This document shows positions 57,451-64,000 of a stretch of 64,000 bases of DNA, one piece after another. The notes beneath the pieces were generated by a model. The model worked only from the letters and a program-made list of their open reading frames with translations. It did no database searches and was not told where the DNA came from. Position 1 is the first letter of the stretch; the number at the start of each line of letters is the position of its first letter. The position numbers were made by a program, and so were the translations under genes. Source of the stretch: a virus (lineage: Duplodnaviria; Heunggongvirae; Uroviricota; Caudoviricetes); the IMG/VR virus record IMGVR_UViG_3300022178_000016; one strand, 5' to 3'.

Positions 57451-58168
57451 TAAAGCTTTTGATGAGTATGATGAATACGAAAAAGAAATGGGGGTAGCTT
57501 ACATGGAGGCTGTAAGAACTGGAGATAGAACAAGCTACGAGAAGATTGTAAGGGATGGTAGGGAGGTAACAAATAACAGGAAGATGCTAAAAGATATAGA
57601 TTCTGGCACCTACAAAGATAAGCAGTATATGAAATTAGAGGAAGTAAACACAGCATACCAACATGCTTTAGATGCAGACTCCCCTACAGTAGAGACTTGT
57701 TTCCTAGAAGTAAAGATGGTACACTCAGTAACTGACGAATACCTAGAGGAAGCTAGAAGTAATCCCATCTACTCTCATGTGGTGAGTGATATTGTAGATA
57801 GTAATGTTTCCCACCCTATCATACGAAGTATGAGGGATAACAAAATATTGCAATTACGACTACACAAGAAAGCTTCTACACCTAATCAACTGATAACTGA
57901 CATAACCTGTAAGCGTACAGTCAATGACAGGTTAACCTCTTTAGAACAGGATGTTATTGCTCTTAGGTGCGAACTGGACAGTGTTAGTACATCCCAAGAT
58001 AATACTGAGATGGGTGTAGAAAGACTACTAGAGTTTGTAGACCTACCCAAAGACCATACTAAAAATAAAGCTATTGCCCTTAAACAGAAGGGCCATAAAA
58101 TCAAGAACATTGCCCATGTATTGGGAGTAAGTGAGCGTACCATTAAACGGTGGACATCAGAGTGTTAG
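57440..58168 (+). CDS. C-terminal helix-turn-helix DNA-binding protein (candidate transcription regulator)
   Basis: C-terminal HTH IKNIAHVLGVSERTIKRW (Hin/sigma region 4-like). An upstream GTG at 57419 is an alternative start. Confidence 0.5.
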   Translation: MDSDKAFDEYDEYEKEMGVAYMEAVRTGDRTSYEKIVRDGREVTNNRKMLKDIDSGTYKDKQYMKLEEVNTAYQHALDADSPTVETCFLEVKMVHSVTDEYLEEARSNPIYSHVVSDIVDSNVSHPIIRSMRDNKILQLRLHKKASTPNQLITDITCKRTVNDRLTSLEQDVIALRCELDSVSTSQDNTEMGVERLLEFVDLPKDHTKNKAIALKQKGHKIKNIAHVLGVSERTIKRWTSEC

Positions 58169-58255
58169 TTGTACAAATTCAACTACCCTCTTAAAATGTC
58201 CCTTTTTTGGCACCTTTTTTTGTAGCCGTGCTATATATATATATAAACTTAACAC

Positions 58256-58290
58256 ATCCCACTAACTGTAATGGTTGGTGGGATTTTTTA
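58256..58290 (+). terminator. rho-independent terminator
   Basis: ATCCCAC-loop-GTGGGAT followed by T6. A (TA)7 tract at 58233-58246 lies just upstream. Confidence 0.6.
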
Positions 58291-58577
58291 TGCCTAAAAT
58301 TTGACTTCCTCACATTTCCAAATTCCCCTCCAGAAAGAACACCCTCTAAATATCCTATCTAAAATATCTCTACCTGAAAATATCTATAGTGTCCAATAAC
58401 CTTTAATTCTTATAAATCAATTAGTTAGAATCCCCGTATATACAAGAGCAGTGCTTAACACAACCCCTTACCCCTCTACAGTATACTCCTACAATATCCA
58501 AATATCTACCCAATTAAACTTATTACCTAATCATATACCATAGACTATAGCTATATGTCTTATAACAGAATACTTAT

Positions 58578-58980
58578 GAGGGTATGCTAAAATGATATAA
58601 TAAATTAGATAATTATGGTTGACAATAGTAATAAGAGTATGTTAGGTGCTTAACCAATAGGGGTATAAGAGCAACACCATAAGTATATTGACACTATAAG
58701 CATAACAATCAATCAATCTAATTATTAGATGATAATCCCACCTAATACACTTAAATCAATCAATTAAACAGATAACCAATAAGCCTATACACCTTGCTAT
58801 TACTGGTGTTAAGTGTTGTTAAGGGTATAACTGCTAGTAGTGCTATCTATAGCTCACTTAGGGTATGTTGAGCGACTAACAGACTATTACAGCTATATTG
58901 ATAGTTATTGATATAGGTATGTTAGTGTCACCTTAATGTAAAGCTTAACAAGCGATTTAAGGCTACTAGGGTATGCTAGG
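58578..58980. repeat. iteron-like direct repeats RGGTATGYTAR (at least 5 copies) in an AT-rich non-coding region
   Basis: Copies at about 58581, 58636, 58862, 58917 and 58970. Two GGGTATAA variants occur as well, and AATCAATCAAT runs at 58706-58770. Confidence 0.5.
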
Positions 58981-59132
58981 CTATAGGTAATAGATAGAGT
59001 GGCTAGGATAGCTTTAGAGAGCGTTTAAAAGGTATTGACAGTTATTGGTGTATTATGTTATTCGTACATACACGTTAGGTAATAGGCATAACCGAAGGTT
59101 ATTGTAAAGGAGTGTAAAGATTAAATAAAGTG

Positions 59133-59161
59133 TTGACACTATGGTGATAGTGAGTAATAAT
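59133..59161 (+). promoter_or_regulatory. sigma70-like promoter TTGACA-N17-AATAAT
   Basis: TTGACA at 59133-59138, a 17-nt spacer, then TAATAAT at 59155-59161. Weaker TTGACA boxes occur at 58620, 58689 and 59034. Confidence 0.45.
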
Positions 59162-59210
59162 GACCACATCAAGACGAAACACACTTAACTAAACAACCAA
59201 GGCGAACATC

Positions 59211-59339
59211 ATGAAAAAGTTAATCTGTTTTCTAGTTATAATCGGTGGAGTGTATGGAATAGTAGGTAACACTCTTGTACAGGCTGGTACTACTTCAATC
59301 AATTCAACTAATGAGCGTATGCTTAAGGCTGGTATCTAA
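59211..59339 (+). CDS. small secreted/membrane peptide (42 aa)
   Basis: Unlisted ORF MKKLICFLVIIGGVYGIVGNTLVQAG... Confidence 0.3.
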   Translation: MKKLICFLVIIGGVYGIVGNTLVQAGTTSINSTNERMLKAGI

Positions 59340-59385
59340 GCTGAAGCTTAGTGCCTCTTCTAAACAAGTTTATCCGAGGTGTATA

Positions 59386-59517
59386 ATGTTTACTTTGATT
59401 AACGTTTATTATATTGACGGTTCTGAGGGTAGCTTTACGTATAGTAAAGATATTTTAAACCAGCTTATCATGCTTAGTGAGACCTTAAACAACATAGTCA
59501 AGGTGACGCTGGAATAG
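59386..59517 (+). CDS. hypothetical small protein
   Basis: Internal ATG of ORF 59275..59517 after a GAGGTG RBS. It avoids overlap with the upstream peptide ORF. Confidence 0.3.
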   Translation: MFTLINVYYIDGSEGSFTYSKDILNQLIMLSETLNNIVKVTLE

Positions 59518-59558
59518 TCTTTACAATTCAACTAACCTTTAACATTAGAATCGCTTGA

Positions 59559-60008
59559 ATGCGTACAGGAAGATACAGAATGACAGCTATCAAACAACCT
59601 GCAAAGCCTACAACCAAGCGTAAAGCATCACCAAGAGCTAGACGAGTTAAAATTGGTACGCCTTGGCTTGTTATGCTATTCAAGCTTATAGCTACCATAG
59701 CCGCTGGCTTCCTGCCGATTGCTAGCTATTGGATCATGCATTATGAGATTATGCCAAATGCTAGTAGTATTGATCTACTGATAGTTATTAAGATTTTGTT
59801 AGTATTGGCGGCTTTGGTGTATTCTGCCCCTACTCTAGCAGCATGGGCAAATAATTGGACTAGTAACAAATACAAGTCATGGGGCTTTACAATACTATTA
59901 GAAGGCGTTATGATAGGCTCAGATACTCAGTGGCTAGCCTTATGCGCCTTGGGTATTCTAACACTAGTGAATGCTGCTATAGCATTTGATAAGAATCAAA
60001 CTAATTAA
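59559..60008 (+). CDS. membrane protein (149 aa, 4 TM) with basic N-terminus
   Basis: Hydrophobic helices. An alternative ATG start lies at 59580. Confidence 0.45.
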   Translation: MRTGRYRMTAIKQPAKPTTKRKASPRARRVKIGTPWLVMLFKLIATIAAGFLPIASYWIMHYEIMPNASSIDLLIVIKILLVLAALVYSAPTLAAWANNWTSNKYKSWGFTILLEGVMIGSDTQWLALCALGILTLVNAAIAFDKNQTN

Positions 60009-60019
60009 ATAGGTGATTT

Positions 60020-60283
60020 ATGAAAAAATTAAAAGCCAGTGATATACAGTTAATTACAGGTGGTTCTGTCAAGGTATACAAAGGTATATACACTATAGGG
60101 AAGGCGTACTACTACCGAAACGTTGATCTAACAGAATGGTGGATTAGTATAGAAGATAAACTCAATAAATCAAACCTTGACTTCAAGAGGGTTGATTGGG
60201 GAGATACATTTAAGGAATTTAGAGGCGGGGATAATGTTTGGCAAGGCTCGCATTTTTGGTACCAATTCAAATTATTAGGGTAA
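60020..60283 (+). CDS. hypothetical protein (87 aa)
   Basis: ORF. Confidence 0.45.
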   Translation: MKKLKASDIQLITGGSVKVYKGIYTIGKAYYYRNVDLTEWWISIEDKLNKSNLDFKRVDWGDTFKEFRGGDNVWQGSHFWYQFKLLG

Positions 60284-60287
60284 TATC

Positions 60288-60437
60288 ATGCTAGAATTAA
60301 TTCAAGCTAAGCCGCTCTTAATACTAGGTTTATTTCTGTATGTTGTGGCTTTTACTGTGTTTGCTGTGTGGCTCACTGCTAAAGTGTCTGTGTGGATTGT
60401 AAGCGATAGTAAACAAGGGGAAAAAGGTAATGATTAA
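60288..60437 (+). CDS. small membrane peptide (49 aa)
   Basis: Unlisted ORF MLELIQAKPLLILGLFLYVVAFTVFAVWL... Confidence 0.3.
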   Translation: MLELIQAKPLLILGLFLYVVAFTVFAVWLTAKVSVWIVSDSKQGEKGND

Positions 60438-60537
60438 TCTGATTATTGACTTGGTATTGATTGCTTGGTGTTTGTGTATTGTTGGTGGCCTGTATGTTAT
60501 TTGTTTAGGCTTACAGGGAAGAAAGTTGAATTAAGGC

Positions 60538-60566
60538 TTGCGTTATAGTGGTACTGGTATTACAAT
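60538..60566 (+). promoter_or_regulatory. sigma70-like promoter TTGCGT-N17-TACAAT
   Basis: TTGCGT at 60538-60543, a 17-nt spacer, then TACAAT at 60561-60566. Confidence 0.4.
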
Positions 60567-60661
60567 GACAACCAAGGCAAGCGAATAGCGCCTTATACAA
60601 GCTAGGTAATAAAGCCTAGTTTAAATTAAAGATTTATTAACAACCAAAGAGGAAATAAATT

Positions 60662-60889
60662 ATGACTACTTCATCAATTCGTTCAACTGAAGCCAATCAA
60701 CCAACTATTAAAGCTATTTATGTAGATTTTAAATGGAATGGTGGTAAAAAGGAAAAAGCTAAACCTGTAACGTTAACAGTCGTTCGGGAATACGCTGGGG
60801 GTGCTGTACAAGTAGCTAGTGGGGATGTGTACCAAACGACAACAGAACATAACCACAAGGATAAAGCTTTTTATCTTGCTACCGCATAA
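60662..60889 (+). CDS. hypothetical protein (75 aa)
   Basis: ORF with a GAGGAAAT RBS. Confidence 0.45.
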   Translation: MTTSSIRSTEANQPTIKAIYVDFKWNGGKKEKAKPVTLTVVREYAGGAVQVASGDVYQTTTEHNHKDKAFYLATA

Positions 60890-60989
60890 AGTTTAGTTTC
60901 TTTACCATAAAACACTTGATCTTCTAGGTTGAGTGTTTTAGAATAAAGTCTCTTAAGTAGTACAAATCAATCAAATAGGAAGCATTACC

Positions 60990-61223
60990 ATGTTAAACAT
61001 ATCTCACTTGCAGCACATTACTATGGGTATTAAGCTTTTCAAGGCTATGCGTGAAGCGGTTAAAACTGGCTTACCTGTATATGTGACTAACCGCAAGGGT
61101 GAACCCTTCCTCCGTGTCAATTACAAACGTAACACTGTTAACGCTTTTAAGTTTTGGTGTGGTAGATCACAAAAAGATATTAGTGATTTAATTATAAATA
61201 AAGTGTTGCGTGTTACAGTTTAA
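60990..61223 (+). CDS. hypothetical protein (77 aa)
   Basis: ORF. Confidence 0.45.
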   Translation: MLNISHLQHITMGIKLFKAMREAVKTGLPVYVTNRKGEPFLRVNYKRNTVNAFKFWCGRSQKDISDLIINKVLRVTV

Positions 61224-61288
61224 TAGATTAGAATAGCTTTGTAGTAACAAATTAATGTTTAACTAAATAGCCTTTGGAGGCAAACAGA

Positions 61289-61666
61289 ATGAATGATTTA
61301 AACAGTAAAAGTGTATATTGGTTAGAAGTTAACGCTATCGCTGAAGCTTTAGTTTCTGAGTGTATGAGTGAGTGCGACAATGACCGCGATGATGCGGAAG
61401 AATTAATCAATGATAGTCGCTTGCATGAAACCATAGACGGTCATCAGTGGGTGATTTACTACGCTTACAATCTACCTGTGTTGGAGTACTCAGATAATAC
61501 CGAGTACGGTATTGACAACGGACTAGTTGCTTACGAAGTCATTAAAGAGCGTAGTCTCAATGACTTTCATACGGCTTTAGCTTTTTGGGCTTTATATGCG
61601 GATGTGCAGGGTGTGTTAGATAGTGCTTTCAATGACTTTGAAGAAAATCAAGAGCTTGCTGCATAA
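61289..61666 (+). CDS. hypothetical acidic protein
   Basis: ORF 61274..61666. The ATG at 61289 follows a GGAGG RBS. Confidence 0.45.
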   Translation: MNDLNSKSVYWLEVNAIAEALVSECMSECDNDRDDAEELINDSRLHETIDGHQWVIYYAYNLPVLEYSDNTEYGIDNGLVAYEVIKERSLNDFHTALAFWALYADVQGVLDSAFNDFEENQELAA

Positions 61667-61713
61667 GCGACGATTTAAACGTTAACCAATAACTAACCAA
61701 AGGTATCTAAATC

Positions 61714-61857
61714 ATGTTAAAAACTATTAGAAAACAACGTGGGCAGGAAGTTTGGACAAACTTCCAAAAACAGAAGGTTAAAAAGGGAGATATTGCCCGC
61801 CGCAATGGTAAACCTAACCGCGTATTGGCTCAACTCTCGCAAATGGTAGGGGTTTAA
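61714..61857 (+). CDS. small basic protein (47 aa)
   Basis: Unlisted ORF MLKTIRKQRGQEVW... Confidence 0.3.
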   Translation: MLKTIRKQRGQEVWTNFQKQKVKKGDIARRNGKPNRVLAQLSQMVGV

Positions 61858-61859
61858 TT

Positions 61860-62138
61860 ATGCATTTAATTTTCATGGCCTTAGGTAATGCAACAACTGG
61901 CACAGCCAACAAACAAACAGGGCGCTACAGTCGCCATGGTTCATATTTGAAATTCAATAGCTCGAAAGATCGACAAGAGTATATAAGCAATCACTTATAT
62001 AGTAAAGATTTTTGGTATATTTGTGGTAAAGGTACAGGGCGGCGGTTTAGCCTTGGCATGAGCCTTGCAGACTACAATGAATACCTAGAGCAATTACCCA
62101 CAATGACTAAGGTTGACGATATATGGGAGGCGTTCTAA
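61860..62138 (+). CDS. hypothetical protein (92 aa)
   Basis: ORF. Confidence 0.45.
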   Translation: MHLIFMALGNATTGTANKQTGRYSRHGSYLKFNSSKDRQEYISNHLYSKDFWYICGKGTGRRFSLGMSLADYNEYLEQLPTMTKVDDIWEAF

Positions 62139-62266
62139 TGGGTTTTATTTTAGGACTACTGGCGGCATTCTTAAAAATGCCTATTAAATTCGATTAAACC
62201 CATATAAGCCGCCTTTATGCAGCTTTTCTTTTATCTAAAATAAAGCAATTATTTTCTCCTTTCCTC

Positions 62267-62294
62267 TTGTCTTACCTTCTTTATTCTGTATAAT
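62267..62294 (+). promoter_or_regulatory. sigma70-like promoter TTGTCT-N16-TATAAT
   Basis: TTGTCT at 62267-62272 and TATAAT at 62289-62294. Confidence 0.45.
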
Positions 62295-62349
62295 CATTAA
62301 CACAGGCTAGCACATAGGGGGTTAGCTTAATAATCTTATAGGTGTAATT

Positions 62350-62535
62350 ATGAGTAAGCGTTTTCGTGTAATGGTCGGCTCATCCCCATGGTCAGAAGAT
62401 GTACAACTAAAAGATGACTACAAGATGACAGTATTACTAAATAAAGATAAACAAGAGTTTTGTAAGGCTACTGCCACAAAACATTTGAATGATATGAAAG
62501 TAAGAGGGTATGCCGGATATTTAGAGGAGGTTTAA
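62350..62535 (+). CDS. hypothetical protein (61 aa), single-gene unit
   Basis: Has its own promoter and its own terminator. Confidence 0.45.
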   Translation: MSKRFRVMVGSSPWSEDVQLKDDYKMTVLLNKDKQEFCKATATKHLNDMKVRGYAGYLEEV

Positions 62536-62556
62536 ACCTTATACACCAAACAACCT

Positions 62557-62582
62557 AGCCGCCCATTGAGGCGGCTTTTTTA
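62557..62582 (+). terminator. rho-independent terminator
   Basis: AGCCGCC-CATTGA-GGCGGCT followed by T6. Confidence 0.65.
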
Positions 62583-62787
62583 CGCCTTTAATTTCATAAT
62601 CCCACTATCTACTCCCTTCACTCAATAAATCATCCCTTCTATAACGTCCTACAATCAATTTAAACCCTTCTACCAATACCATAACAACCCTATCCTATAG
62701 CCTTCCTGTAATCGCCTTAAAAGGCCTTATAAAGCTATTGGTTTATACTGTAGCTATTATTCAGTAAAAATCACCGTGTTTTAATGG

Positions 62788-62816
62788 TTGACTATTGGCT
62801 AGTGTGTTGGTAGTAT
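62788..62816 (+). promoter_or_regulatory. sigma70-like promoter TTGACT-N17-TAGTAT
   Basis: TTGACT at 62788-62793 and TAGTAT at 62811-62816. Confidence 0.45.
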
Positions 62817-62831
62817 TGCGACTAGGCAATA

Positions 62832-63050
62832 ATGCCAGTAAACAAAAAGGTATTCTCAATGGAAGATCAAACCGTATTTAGTTATTTATGTTACTATGAC
62901 AGTCGGAACCCCTATTTTGACGTACCCACTGATGATTGGGAGCAAAGTGAATTGGAGGCAAGGAAAGGTGAGACGTGTTTTTGTGATAATTGTTTTTATG
63001 GTAGGCATGATCTGGCCTTAGAAATAATTAGATTAAAATTATTAAGTTAG
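62832..63050 (+). CDS. Cys-rich hypothetical protein (72 aa)
   Basis: Contains a CFCDNCFYGRHD cluster. Confidence 0.45.
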   Translation: MPVNKKVFSMEDQTVFSYLCYYDSRNPYFDVPTDDWEQSELEARKGETCFCDNCFYGRHDLALEIIRLKLLS

Positions 63051-63240
63051 GCCCTTTACACAAGACAAGGAAGTCTTATACAATACCAACCATACCAGAA
63101 AGGGGGGTATCAAGCGCGCACTATAAGGTGGCGGACTACAAGACAAGGGCTGTGCCTGTCATTCCTGTAATCATAAAATGTATATTAAACTTATCATTTT
63201 GATAGTTTTTGGCTGTTATATTCGCCATTGTCTGGATTTT

Positions 63241-63400
63241 ATTATCTGTACAGGAAATTCTGTGTAGAAAAATCCGCATCTAGACCTCGGGAAATTTGGA
63301 TCTGTAGAAAATCGTCTGGTTGTCAAATTGTAGAAAGTCCTCTGGATCTAATTTTCTGTAGAGGAAGTCGCATCCGGCTCTCGTTTTGTGTCTACATCCG
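63241..63400. repeat. about four iteron-like direct repeats TGTAGA(A/G)A...TCTGGAT
   Basis: TGTAGAAA at 63263, 63303 and 63329, and TGTAGAGG at 63357, each followed by a TCTGG(A/T)T-like box. An inverted TGTAGACAC copy lies at 63389. Confidence 0.45.
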
Positions 63401-63411
63401 TGTGTGAAACA

Positions 63412-63627
63412 TCACCAGTCCTTAATCCAACCCTCAATAGGACGTTTGAATAAATACTTAGTCCCTTGAAATCCTACAAGTTCCCAAGCTTGTGCTCCTA
63501 TATCATCCAACACACCGTTTACTGTAATGTTGTCAGGACTCAAATACTCTAATGACCAACCCATAAGTGAAATGTCACCATTAATACCCTGTGCAATAGA
63601 TACCTCTAAATACTCCCACTTAACCAT
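63412..63627 (-). CDS. hypothetical protein (71 aa), possibly DUF4177-like
   Basis: N-terminus MVKWEYLEV. Lies between the iterons and the operator region. Confidence 0.4.
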   Translation of the reverse strand: MVKWEYLEVSIAQGINGDISLMGWSLEYLSPDNITVNGVLDDIGAQAWELVGFQGTKYLFKRPIEGWIKDW

Positions 63628-63688
63628 AACAATTTCCTCTAGTTTCTGTATGAAATGCTATAATCTCACAGAATTTATCAGAAATCAA

Positions 63689-63711
63689 TAGAATTTTAGT
63701 ATAAAATTCTA
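63689..63711. promoter_or_regulatory. perfect 10-bp inverted repeat operator TAGAATTTTA-gta-TAAAATTCTA, with further TAGAAT half-sites to 63830
   Basis: Read directly in the divergent intergenic region. Additional TAGAAT(T)T copies sit at 63673, 63724, 63736, 63764, 63778 and 63793. Confidence 0.5.
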
Positions 63712-63800
63712 CAATCTGCTAGAATATTTCATAGAATTTCTCTGTACAAATTTAGAATAATACATCCGGTTCTTAGAATTATAAAATCTAATAGAATTTC

Positions 63801-63828
63801 TTGCATTTAAGTTGGATTTAGATAGAAT
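63801..63828 (+). promoter_or_regulatory. sigma70-like promoter TTGCAT-N16-TAGAAT
   Basis: TTGCAT at 63801-63806 and TAGAAT at 63823-63828. The -10 box coincides with an operator half-site. Confidence 0.45.
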
Positions 63829-63863
63829 GTCCACATCGACAACAAACATAGGGGATTTTCAAA

Positions 63864-64000
63864 ATGGCTAAGATTACTAAGAAAGAGATTCTAAAGGTTT
63901 GTAAAGCTGTACATGAAAGTGTGGAGTATTTGAATCATGGTGGTTGTGGTGTGTTTGCATTTCTTCTAGGTTCCACATTGAACCAGTTTGAAAACTGTCA
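63864..64000 (+). CDS. hypothetical protein, 5' partial at window end
   Basis: ATG at 63864 with a GGGGATTTTC RBS. The ORF runs off the end of the window. Confidence 0.4.
   Translation, partial: MAKITKKEILKVCKAVHESVEYLNHGGCGVFAFLLGSTLNQFENC

Noticed and set aside
63241-63400. Short direct repeats considered as a CRISPR array
   Set aside because: The repeat units are 8-26 bp with irregular spacing, and there are no cas genes. They are interpreted as protein-binding iterons.
1-64000. Integrase, excisionase, CI-like repressor or attachment site, which would indicate a prophage
   Set aside because: No tyrosine or serine recombinase motifs were seen in any ORF. The layout is that of a lytic genome.

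Overview
This window reads as a contiguous stretch of a lytic tailed dsDNA phage genome with a contractile (myovirus-type) tail, about 40% GC. No integrase, repressor/lysogeny module or CRISPR array is visible.

Layout:
- 1-12.05 kb, rightward: nucleotide-metabolism and early genes (T4 gp1-like dNMP kinase, HAD 5'-nucleotidase, MazG-like NTP pyrophosphatase, ThyX, NrdH-like redoxin, RNR beta and a short RNR alpha, an SPFH/band-7 lipoprotein with small membrane proteins).
- 12.1-42.7 kb, leftward: the late block. It runs small and large terminase, portal, S49 prohead protease/scaffold, major capsid, head-tail connectors, tail sheath, tail tube, a G/GT chaperone with a -1 frameshift, tape measure, baseplate genes (hub, spike, gp25-like, J-like), tail fibres, a lysis cassette (SAR lysozyme, YiiX/YaeF-like hydrolase, pinholin, i- and o-spanin) and a distal tail fibre.
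- 42.85-42.92 kb: tRNA-Trp(CCA), minus strand.
- 43.2-45.5 kb, leftward: small genes including Zn-ribbon proteins.
- 46.2-58.2 kb, rightward: PhoH, a standalone ClpP-like protease, dCMP deaminase, an RNA ligase with an N-terminal OB-like extension, a small HNH nuclease, a Pif1/Dda-like SF1 helicase and a C-terminal-HTH protein.
- 58.2-59.2 kb: a 1.1 kb non-coding region with a terminator, several sigma70-like promoters and iteron-like repeats.
- 59.2-64 kb: small genes with individual promoters and terminators, ending in two repeat/operator-rich intergenic regions.

The most notable observations are two group I introns in late genes, both read directly from the minus strand. One splits the tape measure gene and carries an HNH/NUMOD4 homing endonuclease; the P, Q, R and S core elements and a P9 GNRA hairpin are all present. 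The other sits at the extreme 3' end of the large terminase gene and carries a 193-aa ORF with no recognisable nuclease motifs. All product assignments rest on motifs recognised by eye, not on database searches.
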